In this document: piece by piece, positions 42,763 to 54,063 of the stretch
How positions within the stretch are numbered: the first letter of the stretch is position 1
Layout of the letters: each line of letters starts with the position of its first letter
Source: Candidatus Krumholzibacteriia bacterium
Lineage (GTDB): Bacteria; Krumholzibacteriota; Krumholzibacteriia; LZORAL124-64-63
Direction: 5' to 3'
NCBI GenBank assembly: GCA_963825035.1
Contig: CAWGRT010000008.1
Coordinates: 183,775-247,774 of the forward strand
DNA length: 64,000 bases
The notes under the pieces: generated by a model
Database searches by the model: none
What the model was told of the DNA's origin: nothing
Seen by the model: the letters and a program-made list of their open reading frames with translations, nothing else
Program-made: the position numbers and the translations under genes

Positions 42763-44025
42763 TCAGTCGTCGAAGGTGCGCGAACTGACGTTCAGGAGCA
42801 GCCCCAGCATGACCGAGCTCGCCAGCAGGTTCGAGCCGCCGTAGCTGAGCAGCGGCAGGGGCAGCCCCGTCACCGGCAGCAGCCCCGTGGTGATGGCCAC
42901 GTTCACCACGACATGGAACGTGAAGTAGCAGACCACGCCCACGGCCAGGAAGCTGGCGAAGGGCCGCCGGGCCGCCTCGGCGTGGCGGATGCCCTGCAGC
43001 ACGATCACCGCGAACAGGACCAGGATGACCACGGCCCCGAAGAAGCCCAGCTCCTCGCCCACCACCGAGAAGATGAAGTCGGTGTGCCGCTCCGGCAGGA
43101 AGGCCAGCCCCTTCTGGGTGCCCTGCAGGTAGTGGGTCCCGAACAGCCCGCCCGAGCCGATGGCCACCTTCGACTGGATGGCCTGGTAGGCGGTGCCGTA
43201 CTCGTCCTTGCTCGGGTCGAAGAACGTGAAGATGCGGTCCTGCTGGTACGGCTTCAGCCGCTCCCAGAAGAAGGGGATGCCCACCCCCGTGGCCACGTTC
43301 AGGGCCAGCAGCGAGACCCGCGCCACCACGCCCAGCCGCGCCAGGTACAGCACCCCCACCACCAGCAGCAGGTACACGCCCCAGGGCCAGGGCTGTTGCA
43401 CGATGGATTCGGAGTAGAACATGATCACCGCGCTCAGGGCCGCGCTGGCCGCCCCCACCAGCAGGATGCCGGGCATGCCGTACCAGAAGATCATGCCCAC
43501 CCACACCGCCAGGAAGACCAGGCTCGTGCCCAGGTCCGGCTCCCGCAGCACCAGCACCATGGGCACCATCATCAGCACGAACGAGAGCACGGTCGTGCCC
43601 AGGCTGCGTCCGTCGCCGCCGCGTCCCAGCAGGTTGGCCGTCAGCAGCACCACCGCGACCTTGGCCAGCTCCGCCGGCTGCAGCCGCGCCGGTCCCAGGG
43701 CCAGCCAGCGCCGGGCGCCGCCGATTCGCGGTCCCACCACCAGCACCAGGGCCAAGAGCAGCACCACCCCCAGGTAGATGGGCAGCGAGGCGTGCTCCAG
43801 GTAGCGCAGGGGCAGCCGCGCCGCGATCAGCAGCGCCACCCAACTGACCACCAGCCAGGCCGCCTGCCGCCAGAACACCGACTTGGCCAGGCCGGGGTCG
43901 GGCTGCTCGTAGGGGCCGCGGATCGGCTCGGTCACCGACCACAGCACCGCCAGGCTGGCCAGGCACAGCAGGAACCACGCCAGGAAGATGCGCTTGTCGC
44001 CCGGCGGCACCAGCAGGCTGATCAC
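42763..44025 (-). CDS. rodA: SEDS-family peptidoglycan glycosyltransferase RodA (rod shape). Reads intact.
   Basis: GTG after GGAGGTG. ISLLVPPGDKRIF...LPERHTDFIFSVVGEELGFFGAVV..LLSYGGSNLLASSVMLGLLLNVS. The start overlaps the mrdA stop (GTGA). Confidence 0.85.
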   Translation of the reverse strand: MISLLVPPGDKRIFLAWFLLCLASLAVLWSVTEPIRGPYEQPDPGLAKSVFWRQAAWLVVSWVALLIAARLPLRYLEHASLPIYLGVVLLLALVLVVGPRIGGARRWLALGPARLQPAELAKVAVVLLTANLLGRGGDGRSLGTTVLSFVLMMVPMVLVLREPDLGTSLVFLAVWVGMIFWYGMPGILLVGAASAALSAVIMFYSESIVQQPWPWGVYLLLVVGVLYLARLGVVARVSLLALNVATGVGIPFFWERLKPYQQDRIFTFFDPSKDEYGTAYQAIQSKVAIGSGGLFGTHYLQGTQKGLAFLPERHTDFIFSVVGEELGFFGAVVILVLFAVIVLQGIRHAEAARRPFASFLAVGVVCYFTFHVVVNVAITTGLLPVTGLPLPLLSYGGSNLLASSVMLGLLLNVSSRTFDD

Positions 44026-45812
44026 GGCAGCACCTCCAACCCCAGCTCGTCCTTCATGCGGAAATACTCCTCCAGCCACTGGCGCGCCACGGGCGCGGCC
44101 TCGGCGCTGCCCGACCCGGCGTTCTCCAGGATCACGGCGATGGCCACCTCCGGCTTGTCGGCCGGGGCGAAGGCCATGAACCAGGCGTGGTCCTCGCCGT
44201 GGGGATTCTGGGCGGTGCCGGTCTTGCCGGCCACCGGCACGTCCTCCAGCCCGGCGCCGTGGCCGGTGCCCGAGGCCACCACCGTGCGCAGGGCCTCCCG
44301 CGCCCAGCGCAGGTTCGCCGCCGAGAAGGGCAGCGGCGGCGGCGGCGTCCGTTCCGGCGCCGGATCGATCACGAAGACCGGGTCGGGCATGGTCCCGGCC
44401 GAGGCCAGGCGTCCCGCCAGCACGGCCATCTGCAGGGGCGTGACCAGCAGCTCGCCCTGGCCGATGGCGTTGTTCAGCAGCACGCCCCGGGTCCAGCCGC
44501 TTCTTGCCGAAGCGCTTGTCGTACCAGGCCGGGTCCGGCACGTTCCCTTCGACCTCCTCGGGGAAGATGCTGGTGCAGCGCCGTCCCAGGCCGAAGGCCC
44601 GCGCCGCCCAGGCGAGCTGGTCGATGTCCAGGCGCAGGCCCAGCTGGTAGTAGTAGGTGTCGCAGGACTGCGCCATGGCCTCCATGTGGTCCAGCGAGCC
44701 GTGGCCGCCGCGCTTCCAGCAGCGGAAGTAGCGGTCGCCGAACATCAGCCCGCCGTTGCAGGGCTCGAGCACGCTGTGGGGCCCCACCAGATCCAGTTGC
44801 AGGCCGGCCAGCGAGGTGACCGGCTTGTAGCAGCGAGCCCGGCGGGTAGGTGGCCTGGACGATGCGGTTGAAGAAGGGCTTGGCCGGGTCGTCGGCCAGG
44901 CGGTTCCAGTCCTCGGACGAGATGCTCGACCGTCAACAGGTTCGGATCGAAGGAGGGCATGCGAGACCGCCGCCAGCACCTGCGCCCGTGCGCACGTCCA
45001 GCGCCACGGCGCAGGCGGGCCGGTTGCCGAGGGCCTCGGCCAGCTGCGCCTGCAGGGGCAGGCGAGATGGACGAGGGTCACGTCCTGGCCCGGGCACCAC
45101 GTCGCGCAGCCACACGGGCTCGCGCCCGACGATGCGCCCGGTGGCGTTGACCTCCTCCAGCTTGATGCCGTTCTGCGCCGCGCAGGCGGTCCTCCATGGC
45201 GGCCTCCACGCCCTGCTTGCCCGACCTGGTCCCCCAGGCGGTAGCCGAAGGCGTCGCCGGTGGTGTCCAGGTCCGCCTGGCCGACCTCGCCCACGTAGCC
45301 CACCACGTGGGCCAGCAGGTCGCCGTAGGCGTAGCGCCGCCGCGCCCGCGCCTCCACCCGCACGTCCGGCAGCTGCCGCCCCCGTTCCTCGACCGCGGCG
45401 ATCTGGGGCATGCCCGCGTTGGGCACCAGCACCAGCGCGGCCGCGCCGCCGCTCCTTCTGCTGCTCCAGTCGCGCCAGGGTCTCGTCGCGGGGCAGGTCG
45501 AACCAGGCCATCAGCCGCGCCAGGGTCGAGTCGGGTCCCGCGTCGGTCAGGGCGGAGCGGGGCACGGTGATGTCGGCGATGAACATGTTGTCGGCGAGGA
45601 CGGCGCCGTGGCGGTCGAGGATGCGGCCCCGGGGCGCCCGCACGCGGAAGCGGTCCTGCCGGTTGCGCAGGGCCTTGCCCTGGTAGTAGGCGTGCCGCGG
45701 CACGGTCATGACGAAGAGGTTGACGACCAGCACCAGGAGCGCCGCGGTCACCACCACCCGGAGCACCCGGCTGCGGAGGTAGAGGTCGCGGTTCGACGTC
45801 CACGTCAGTCCT
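44022..45812 (-). CDS. mrdA: Penicillin-binding protein 2 (peptidoglycan D,D-transpeptidase). Frameshifted; the start is approximate.
   Basis: N-terminus SNRDLYLRSRVLRVVVTAALLVLVVNLF..RGRILDRHGAVLADN. Transpeptidase C-terminus KTGTAQNPHGEDHAWFMAFAPADKPEVAIAVILENAGSGSAEAAPVARQWLEEYF. Confidence 0.8.
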
Positions 45813-46300
45813 CCCGGCCGAGGATGCCGAGGAATCCCGCGAGGCGGATCACCGGCACCCCCACCAGCGCCGTGTACAGGGCCACCGGCAGGGTCTGGGT
45901 GAAGAGGGGCGTGAGGAAGGCGTCGTCGCTCATGCGGCTCTGCACCAGCAGGAAGACGATGTCGTGGGCCACCACCGCCAGGACCAGGACCATGGCCTCG
46001 ACCACGGGCATGCCGTAGACCAGGCGCCCGCGCAGGCGCCCCACCAGGAAGCCCAGCCCCGTCTTGCAGAGGGCGTGCAGGCCCAGCAGGTTCGGATTGG
46101 CCAGGTCCTGCACCAGGCCCAGCACGAAGCCGCCGACGGTGGCCGGCGCCGCGCCGGCGGCCAGCCCCAGCAGGACCAGGGCGATGATCGAGAAGTCGGG
46201 CGCGATGCCGCGGATGTCGATCAACGGGGCCGATCAGCGTGTCGCCGAGGAAGGCCACCAGCACCCAGAGCCACGGTGATGCGCGACGAAATCCCCTCAC
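45805..46300 (-). CDS. mreD: Rod shape-determining protein MreD. One frameshift.
   Basis: The GTG at 46300 overlaps the mreC stop. MRGFRRASPWLWVLVAFLGDTLIGP, then IDIRGIAPDFSIIALVLLGLAAG...LPVALYTALVGVPVIRLAGF. Confidence 0.7.
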
Positions 46301-47145
46301 CGGCGGCCCTCCGTCCGCTCGGCGGCGAAAGGCGTGACCACGAACACCGTCTCGTTGTAGTCGAAGGAGGCCGCCGGCTTGACCTCGATGCCCTTGAAGA
46401 TCTGGTCGGTGGGCGTGTCCACGCGGCTGACGCGTGCCCACGGGGAAGCCCCGCGGCGTGGCGTCGCCGGCGGCCGGGTCGTCCGCCGTCGCGTCCCACC
46501 TCGGCGATGCCCGAGGTGATGATCACGTCCCCCACGCGCACGTCCTCGTCGCGGCCCACCATCTCCACCACGTAGCTGTCGGCCCGCGGCCGCAGGATGC
46601 CCAGCAGCCCGGTGCGCTCGAACTCCACGCCCAGGGCGAAGTCCGGCGCGGTCAGCAGTTCGACCCAGGCCTCGCGGTCGTTGATCACCGTGCGCAGCCG
46701 GCCCAGGTAGCCCGCCCGCGAGATCACCGGCAGCCAGGGATGCCAGTCCACCGGCACCAGGCTCTCGATCTTGATCATGGTGGCGAAGCGGCCGCGCTCG
46801 CGCATGACCACGCGGCAGGGCACCAGGTCGCCGTCGTAGCCCGGCTCCAGCGCGGGTCCGGCCATGCGCAGGGCGTCGCGCTGCATGCGGTCGGCGGCGG
46901 CGGCCTGCATCTCCAGCTGCACCACGCCGCTCCTGCAGCCAGGCGTTCTCCTCGTGGACGCGGCTGACGTCCTCGCCGAAGTTGCGCACCGACCAGTAGG
47001 GGCCGGTGATCACCGCGCCCAGGCGGTCGGCCACGAGGATGCGGGTGTCGCGGGGCAGGACCAGCAGGGTCACCGACAGGGCCAGGCAGACCGCGAGGAC
47101 GAGCGTCTCGCGGTCCAGGGGCAGGTTCGGCGAGCGCGTCTGCAT
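46297..47145 (-). CDS. mreC: Rod shape-determining protein MreC. About 3 frameshifts.
   Basis: MQTRSPNLPLDRETLVLAVCLALSVTLLVL..; LEMQAAAADRMQRDALRMAGP...VVEMVGRDEDVRVGDVIITSGIAEV; VSRVDTPTDQIFKGIEVKPAASFDYNETVFVV. Confidence 0.78.
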   Translation of the reverse strand: MQTRSPNLPLDRETLVLAVCLALSVTLLVLPRDTRILVADRLGAVITGPYWSVRNFGEDVSRVHEENAWLQERRGAAGDAGRRRRPHAARRPAHGRTRAGAGLRRRPGALPRGHARARPLRHHDQDREPGAGGLASLAAGDLAGGLPGPAAHGDQRPRGLGRTADRAGLRPGRGVRAHRAAGHPAAAGRQLRGGDGGPRRGRARGGRDHHLGHRRGGTRRRTTRPPATPRRGASPWARVSRVDTPTDQIFKGIEVKPAASFDYNETVFVVTPFAAERTEGRR

Positions 47146-47149
47146 GGGA

Positions 47150-48185
47150 TCAGGACCGCCCGCCCTTCATGATCACGGGCCGGTAGCGCTCGAAGTCGTC
47201 GAGGATCTTGCCGGTGCCCAGGACCACGCAGAAGAGGGGATCGTCCATGACGTTGATGGGCAGGTCGGTCTGCTCGCGCAGCAGCTCGGGCAGGCCCTTC
47301 AGCAGGGCGCCGCCGCCGGTCAGCACGATGCCCCGGTCCTTGATGTCCGCGGCCAGCTCGGGCGGCGTCTGTTCCAGGGACTGCTTCAGGGCGTCGCAGA
47401 TGGCCTGGATCGGCTCCTGCAGGGCCTCGCGGATCTCCACCGAGGAGATCTTCAGGGTCTTGGGCACGCCCGACACCTGGTACAGGCCCTTGACCTCCAT
47501 CTCGCGCTCCTCGCCGTGCTTGTGGGCCGAGCCGATGGTCTTCTTGATGTTCTCCGCGGTCTGGTCGCCGATCAGCAGGTTGTGGTTCTTCTTCACGTAG
47601 TTGACGATGGCCTCGTCCAGCTCGTCGCCGCCCACGCGGATGGAGGTGTCGCAGACGATGCCGTTCAGCGCGATCACCGCGATCTCGCTGGTGCCGCCGC
47701 CGATGTCGATGATCATGTTGCCCGAGGGCTGGTCCACCGGCAGCCCCACGCCGATGGCCGCGGCCATGGGCTCGGCCACCAGGAAGACTTCCCGCGCGCC
47801 GGCGTGCTTGGCGCTGTCCCGCACCGCGCGCTTCTCCACCTCGGTGATGCCCGACGGCACGCAGATCACGATGCGCGGCGCGATGAAGTGGCGCTTCTTC
47901 TGCGCCATCTTGATGAACTCGCGCAGCATGTACTCGGTGACCTCGAAGTCGGCGATCACGCCGTCCTTCATGGGCCGGATCGCGGCGATGCCCTCGGGGG
48001 TCTTGCCGAGCATGGCCTTGGCATCGGCGCCCACCGCGTACACCTTGCCCGTGCTCTTGTCCAGGGCCACCACCGACGGCTGGTTGAGCACGATGCCCTT
48101 GCCCTTGATGTAGACGAGGGTGTTGGCCGTGCCCAGATCGATCGCGATGTCGTTGGTGAACATCCCCTGCAGGCGCTTGAGCATG
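47150..48185 (-). CDS. mreB: Rod shape-determining actin homologue MreB. Reads intact (~345 aa).
   Basis: ATG after GGAAGGA. MLKRLQGMFTNDIAIDLGTANTLVYIKGKGIVLNQPSVVA..MIIDIGGGTSEIAVIALNGIV...GIVLTGGGALLKGL. Confidence 0.92.
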
Positions 48186-48217
48186 TTTCCGAATCCTTCC
48201 GGAGGTGGCGGCCGTCT

Positions 48218-48935
48218 CAGGCGCCGGGTTGCCGACGGCCAGCCGTATTCCCTGATGCTGACGATCTCGGCGGCCCCGACCACGAGGTGGTCCAGCAGCG
48301 CGATGCCCAGCAGCTCGCCGCAGCGGTCCAGCCGCGCGGTGAGCTCGAGGTCGTCCCCGCTGGGCTCCGCGCAGCCCGAGGGGTGGTTGTGGGCCACGAT
48401 CACCGCCGCCGCCCGCATGGCCACCGCCGGCCGGAACACCTCGCGCGGATGCACCAGCGACGCGTTCAGCGAGCCCACGGAGACCGTCTCGACGTCCGTG
48501 ACCCTGTGCCTCGTATCGAGATAAAGCGCGAGGAACCGCTCCCTGTCAAGACCGCGAAATTCGCGGCGCAGCAGGGGGTGGCAGTCCTCGGGCCGCCGCA
48601 CCGCCGGCCCGTGGGCCGGGCCGGCCTCGGCCGCCCGCTGCCCCAGTTCCAGGGCCGCCAGCAGGCGGCCGCCCCGCACCGGGCCCACGCCCGGCAGGCG
48701 GCGCAGCACGCGCCGGCCGCTCCAGGGCCAGGCGGGCCAGCCCGCCGCCCTGCGCAAGCAGGTTGCGGGCCGTCGCTCCCGGCCGCGGGCCGTCCCGGCC
48801 CCAGCACCCAGGCCAGCAGCTCCCAGTCCGCCAGGGCCCCGGCCCCCAGGCGGCGCAGACGCTCGCCGCCGGGCCCGCCCCGACCCGCCGGGCTCGGGCC
48901 CGGCTCCGCCCTGGGTTATGTCGTTTGGAATCCAA
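48218..48935 (-). CDS. radC: DNA repair protein RadC (JAB/MPN domain, UPF0758). Frameshifted; the N-terminus is approximate.
   Basis: FLALYLDTRHRVTDVETVSVGSLNASLVHPREVFRPAVAMRAAAVIVAHNHPSGCAEPSGDDLELTARLDRCGELLGIALLDHLVVG. Confidence 0.75.
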
Positions 48936-49121
48936 GGCAATTCACCTGTCCCGGGAGGCGTGTGCACAGTAACAGACGGGGTCCGGCGAACGGCGACGTA
49001 TTTGCCGGAACCGCGGCGCCGCGCGGCTCGTTCTTGTGGCCGGACCGCGCCCTCCGCTACCATGGGCCCGTACCGCGCGCGCCGGAGCCGCCGGCGCAGG
49101 TCCGCCAGCAAGGATGGAGCC

Positions 49122-50400
49122 ATGCCTGCCCAGTCCGCCGCCACCCCGCCCCCGGTCCTGGTCCGCAAGTACGGCGGCTCGAGCCTGGCCACGGTCGACC
49201 GCATCCGCGCCGTGGCCGCCGACCTGCGCGCCGCCCGCGACGCCGGCTTCGCCGTCGTCGTGGTGGTCAGCGCCATGGGCCGCACCACCGACGAGTTGGC
49301 CGACCTGGCCCGGCAGGCCTCGCCCGCGCCGCCCCGGCGCGAGCTGGACATGCTGCTGTCGGTGGGCGAGCGCATCACCATGAGCCTGCTCTCCATGGCC
49401 CTGGACGACGCCGGCTGCCCCGCCATCAGCTTCACCGGCAGCCAGTGCGGCATCATCACCGACACCAGCCACACCGACGCCCGCATCCTCGAGGTGCGGG
49501 GCGACCGGGTGCGCGACGTCCCTGGCCCGGGGCTACACCGTGGTGGTGGCCGGCTTCCAGGGCGTCAGCCGCGAGAAGGAGATCACCACCCTCGGCCGCG
49601 GCGGCAGCGACACCACGGCCGTGGCGCTGGCCGCGGCCCTGGGCGCGGTGCGCTGCGAGATCCTCAAGGACGTCGACGGGGTGATGACCGCGGACCCGGG
49701 CCAGGTGCCCGACGCCCGGCCGCCACGAGCAGCTGAGCTGGGAGCAGATGCGCGACCTGGCCGCCTCCGGCTGCGGCGTCGTCCACCTGCGGGCCGTGGA
49801 GTACGCCGAGCAGCACCGCGTGCCCCTGGTGGTGCGCTCCAGCTTCCACGACGGCCCGGGCACGGTGATCGGCCCCGGCGCCGCCGCCGCCCCGGCGGGC
49901 CGGCGACCCGTGCCCGTGCCCCCGACGGCGGCCTGCGACCGGGACGTCGCGCTACCGTCCGCTGGTGATGCACGTGCGGCGCGGACGCGGCCCGCCTGCG
50001 CCTGGCCACGGCCGACCCGGCCGAAGGCATGCGCCTGCGGGACGCGGTGCTGGGCTGCTGGGATCCCGCCGGCGCGGTGGCCGAGTGGCTGGACGCCGGG
50101 GCCGGACTTCCGCTGGGAGGTGGTGGCCGCGGCCGCGGCCCTGGCGCCGGTGCGCGAGGTCCTGGCGGCCCTGGCGCCGGCGGCCGTGGCCTGGGAGGAC
50201 GGGCTGACCTGCGTCAGCCTGGCCGGGGGCCGGCCCGATTCCTGGCTGGAGGTGCAGCGCCACGTGGCGGGCCTGCTGGCGGGGCTGGACACGCCGCCCT
50301 GGCGCCTGCGCGCCGACGGCAGCGCCCTGCGGATCCTCTTCAGCGGCGAGCTGACGCCGGCGGCGCCGCCCGCCCTGCACGCGGCGCTGGTTCGAGATTG
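49122..50400 (+). CDS. lysC: Aspartate kinase. About 3 frameshifts.
   Basis: ATG at 49122. [23 protein letters not shown]...[39 protein letters not shown]; [52 protein letters not shown]; the ACT region ends [24 protein letters not shown] at the TGA at 50398. Confidence 0.82.
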
Positions 50401-50429
50401 AATTCCCGGTGCAGGAAGTGCCGCCAGCC

Positions 50430-51603
50430 GCCCCGGGGCAGGCGGTGGGCGGCCTCGGCCAGGAACCGGCGCGCCCGGGCCCGGATCGGCCAGCTTGCCG
50501 TGCAGCAGCACGATCACCCGCACCAGGGCCCGGTGCCCCTCCGGGTGGTCGGGGATAGCTCCAGAACAGGCTCTCGTAGGCGTCCAGGGCCCCGGCGTCG
50601 TCTCCCAGCTTCTCCCGCCAGTAGGCCACGCGCGCCAGCTCGTCGGGCCGGAACACGCGGCTGCCGGGTCCGCGGTCCACCTCGCGGTACACGTCCAGGG
50701 CCCCGGTCACGTCGCCGCGTTCGCGCTGCAGGCGGTTGAAGACCCGGCGGTAGTCCTCGCCCGCCGCGGCGTGCTGGCCGGCCAGGGCGCGGGCGCGGGC
50801 CAGCTCCAGGCGGCCTTCCTCGTCGTCCGGCTGCAGTTCCAGGTACTCGAGCCAGGCGCCGACGGCCGCGTGCACGTTGCCGTGCCGGGCGTAGCGCCGG
50901 GCCGCCGCCGCCCGCGACTCGGCGCGGGCCTCCTTGAACTGGCCCATGGCCAGCCCCAGGAACAGCCCCATGGCGAAGCCGCCGAAGTGGGCCCCGAACG
51001 ACGTGCCGCTGCCGGTCTCGCCGGCCACCGCCGCCTGCACCACCTGCAGCACGAGCCACAGGCCCACGGCCGCCACCACGGGCACCTCGGAGCGGCCCGG
51101 CCCGGTTCTGCCCGCCCAGGGGCGCGAAGACCCACCAGCCCACCTGCACCCGCGCGTCGTAGAAGCGCACCAGGCTGAAGGCCAGCATGCCGGCGATGGC
51201 GCCGCTGGCCCCCAGCACGCCCATGCCCCCCTGGCCCAGCCAGCCCATCATCGAGACCACGCCGTGCAGGGTGTTGCCCGCCGCCCCCATCAGCAGCAGG
51301 TAGACCAGGAAGCGCAGCCCGCCCAGGCGCGACTCCAGGGGCGGCGCGAAGACGTGGAAGTAGACCAGGTTCCCCAGCAGGTGCAGCCAGCTCACGTGCA
51401 GGAAGATGGCCGTGATCACCGTCCAGGGCGCCTCGTTGCCCGGGCACGAAGACCAGCTGCCAGGGGCGGATCGGACCCAGGTCCGGCGCGTAGTGCAGCC
51501 AGAGGAAGGCCAGGACCATCAGCACCTCGAGGGCGCGCGAAACCACGGGCAGGCCGCGGCGCGGCCGGTCCAGCCCGAGGGGGTAGAAATAGAAGAAGTA
51601 CAT
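50430..51603 (-). CDS. Rhomboid-family intramembrane serine protease with a C-terminal TPR-like extension. About 3 frameshifts; the end is uncertain.
   Basis: MYFFYFYPLGLDRP...; ITAIFLHVSWLHLLGNLVYFHVFAPPLE..GASGAIAGMLAF (GxSG active site); then GAHFGGFAMGLFLGLAMG... and a soluble helical repeat region (AWLEYLELQPDDEEGRLELARARAL..YRRVFNRL). Confidence 0.7.
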
Positions 51604-51709
51604 GCGCCGCCCCCGGCCCCGGGCCCTGCGGCCCGGTTCCGTGCCCGTGGATGTCGATGATCGTCCGGGAAGTTATCGGCAGGGGGGCGGGAAACTTGAC
51701 CCCGCGGCG

Positions 51710-52411
51710 TCAGGCGCGGCCGGCGGCCAGGGAATCGTCGACGATGAGGCCGTCGTGCAGCCGCAGGACCCGCCGGCAGCGGGCGGCGATGTCCTCCTCG
51801 TGCGTCACGATCACCACCGTGTGACCCCGTTCGTTGAGGCCGCCGATGATGGCCATGATCTCGTCGCTGGTGACCGAGTCGAGGTTGCCCGTGGGCTCGT
51901 CCGCCAGGATCAGGGACGGGTTGGTGACCAGGGCCCGGGCGATGGCCACCCGCTGGCGCTGGCCGCCGGACAGCTCGTTGGGCCGGTGGTGGGCGCGGTC
52001 GGACAGCCCCACCGCCTCCAGGGCGCGGGCCGTGCGCTCGGCGCGCTCGGCGGCCCGCAGCCCGGCGTAGATCAGGGGCAGCTCGACGTTCTGGGCCGCC
52101 GTGTTGCGCGGCAGCAGGTTGAAGGTCTGGAAGACGAAGCCGATCTCCCGGTTGCGGATCTCCGCGAGCCGGTCGTCCCCGAAGGTGGAGACCTCGGTCC
52201 CGTTCAGCCGGTAGGATCCGCTGGAGGGCGTGTCCAGGCAGCCCAGCATGTTCATCAGGGTCGACTTGCCCGAGCCGCTCGACCCCATGATGGCCACGTA
52301 CTCGCCGGCCTCGATGTCCAGGTCGATGCCCCGCACCGCCGGCACCTCCTGGGTGCCGACCAGGTAGATCTTGTGGAGGTCCCGGACCTCGATGACGCGT
52401 CCCTCGGCCAT
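51710..52411 (-). CDS. ABC transporter ATP-binding protein (MacB/LolD-type ATPase). Reads intact.
   Basis: [12 protein letters not shown] (Walker A), [15 protein letters not shown] (signature), [11 protein letters not shown] (Walker B), VVIVTHEE. Confidence 0.88.
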   Translation of the reverse strand: MAEGRVIEVRDLHKIYLVGTQEVPAVRGIDLDIEAGEYVAIMGSSGSGKSTLMNMLGCLDTPSSGSYRLNGTEVSTFGDDRLAEIRNREIGFVFQTFNLLPRNTAAQNVELPLIYAGLRAAERAERTARALEAVGLSDRAHHRPNELSGGQRQRVAIARALVTNPSLILADEPTGNLDSVTSDEIMAIIGGLNERGHTVVIVTHEEDIAARCRRVLRLHDGLIVDDSLAAGRA

Positions 52412-52414
52412 GCC

Positions 52415-53863
52415 CTAGTTGCTCCGGGTCCAGGGACTGAGCTGACCGGTGGCGCGGCGCAGCTGGGCCTGGGCGATGAGGAAGTCGCACTTGGCCTGGA
52501 CCTCCTGGCCCCGGGCGTTGGCCAGGTTGGCCTGGGCCACGATGATGTCCAGGGTGGTGCCGGCGCCCACGCGGAAGCGCTCCTGGGCCAGCCGCACCTC
52601 CTCCTCGGCCTGGTCGATGGTCTCGCGGCTCACCTTGGCGCGCTCGCGGGCCTCCACCAGGGCGTTGTGCAGCTGGCGGATCTCCACCTGCGCGTTGAGG
52701 CGGGACTGCTCCAGCTGGTACTCGGCGATGCGGGCGTTGGCCTTGGCCTTGGCGCGGCCGGTCCAGGTCTGCAGGCGGTCGAAGACGTTCCAGGTGACGG
52801 CGTAGCCCCAGCTCGTGTTCTCGGAGACCTGCGCGCCGAACTTGTAGGGCGACTCGTTGTTGTAGCGGCTGTAGCGGACCGAGAGGTCGACCCGCGGCCA
52901 GATGCCGCTGGTGGCGGTGGTGACGTTCTTGCGGGCCGCCTCCACCTGGTACTCGCTGCTCTGCAGGTCCAGGCGCTGCTGCAGCGCCTCCTGGAAGAGT
53001 TCGCCCATCTCCGGCACGAAGAAGTCGGTGTCCAGCTCGGTGGCGTCCACCTTGAAGGTGGCGGCCAGGGGCCGGTTCATGGCGTAGGCCAGGTCGGCGA
53101 AGGCCTTCTTGACGCCGTTGTCGGCCACGACCACGTCCAGGCGGGTGTTCCCCAGCTGCACCCGCTGCTGCAGCACGTCGCTCTTGGCGGCGCTGCCCAG
53201 GCGGAAGTAGGTCTCGGTCTTCTCCAGCTCCTTGGCGGTCTGGTCGCGGGTCTCCTGGGCCACCTTGAGCAGTTCATTGGCCCGCAGCAGGTTGTAGTAG
53301 GCCATGACCACGTCCTGCACCACCAGTTCGCGGGTGTAGTCGCGGGTGGCATCGGCCGCGGCCAGGGAGTTCTTGGCCGCGCTGAGGCTGCTGAACTTGG
53401 AGAAGCCCGCGAACAGGTTGAGGCTCGCGTTGCCGCCCCAGTCCTTGTACTTGGTGTTGACGGTCTGGTCGGCGAGACCGGTGGGGGTCTGGGCCTGCAC
53501 CAGCCACAGGGTCAGGTCGCCCGCCGAGTCCTGGGTGTAGGTCGAATCCAGGCTCGTGTCGAACTGCTGGACGTCGAAGTCCGTGCGCTCGGACTTCTGC
53601 CAGTTGCGGGAAAGGGAGATGTCCGGCAGGAACGCGCCGTACGCGGACTTGACGTCCTGGGACGCCGCGCTGCGCTGCTCGTCGGAGATGGCCAGGCTGG
53701 GGCTGCTGCCCAGGGCGATGCCCACGCACTGGCTGAGGGTCAGCACCGGCAGGTCCTGCTCCGGGGCCGGCTGGTCCTGGGCGGCGGCGGGCAGCGCGGC
53801 GGCGGCGGCGAGGCAGAGGGCCGCGACCGCGAGCAGCGGTCGGGTCGAACGGATACGCATCAT
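52415..53863 (-). CDS. tolC: TolC-family outer-membrane efflux protein. Reads intact (482 aa) with a signal peptide.
   Basis: MMRIRSTRPLLAVAALCLAAAAALPAAAQ. Two outer-membrane-efflux-protein (OEP) repeats: YLPDISLS..; LVEARERAKVSRETIDQAEEEVRLAQERFRVGAGTTLDIIVAQANLANARGQ. Confidence 0.82.
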   Translation of the reverse strand: MMRIRSTRPLLAVAALCLAAAAALPAAAQDQPAPEQDLPVLTLSQCVGIALGSSPSLAISDEQRSAASQDVKSAYGAFLPDISLSRNWQKSERTDFDVQQFDTSLDSTYTQDSAGDLTLWLVQAQTPTGLADQTVNTKYKDWGGNASLNLFAGFSKFSSLSAAKNSLAAADATRDYTRELVVQDVVMAYYNLLRANELLKVAQETRDQTAKELEKTETYFRLGSAAKSDVLQQRVQLGNTRLDVVVADNGVKKAFADLAYAMNRPLAATFKVDATELDTDFFVPEMGELFQEALQQRLDLQSSEYQVEAARKNVTTATSGIWPRVDLSVRYSRYNNESPYKFGAQVSENTSWGYAVTWNVFDRLQTWTGRAKAKANARIAEYQLEQSRLNAQVEIRQLHNALVEARERAKVSRETIDQAEEEVRLAQERFRVGAGTTLDIIVAQANLANARGQEVQAKCDFLIAQAQLRRATGQLSPWTRSN

Positions 53864-54016
53864 CCTGGTCTCTCCCTGGTGGCTGAAGTCTCCCGCGGCC
53901 GGCGGCGAGCGGCGCCGGCGGCGCCGTCGATCATAGGCCGATACGCGCGGGGAATCTAACACGGAATTCGCATTCTCCGGAACGTTGGCGATTCGTACGG
54001 ATTCCCGGCCTCCCTG

Positions 54017-54063
54017 TTGCGCCGGATGCGCCGGATGCGCCGGTTGCGCCGGTTGCGCGCCGG
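54017..54063. repeat. Short tandem repeat, 5 copies of a 9-bp unit (tgcgccgga x2, tgcgccggt x2, a partial fifth), in the intergenic region upstream of tolC and downstream of tonB.
   Basis: Direct reading: ttgcgccggatgcgccggatgcgccggttgcgccggttgcgcgccgg. Confidence 0.7.
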
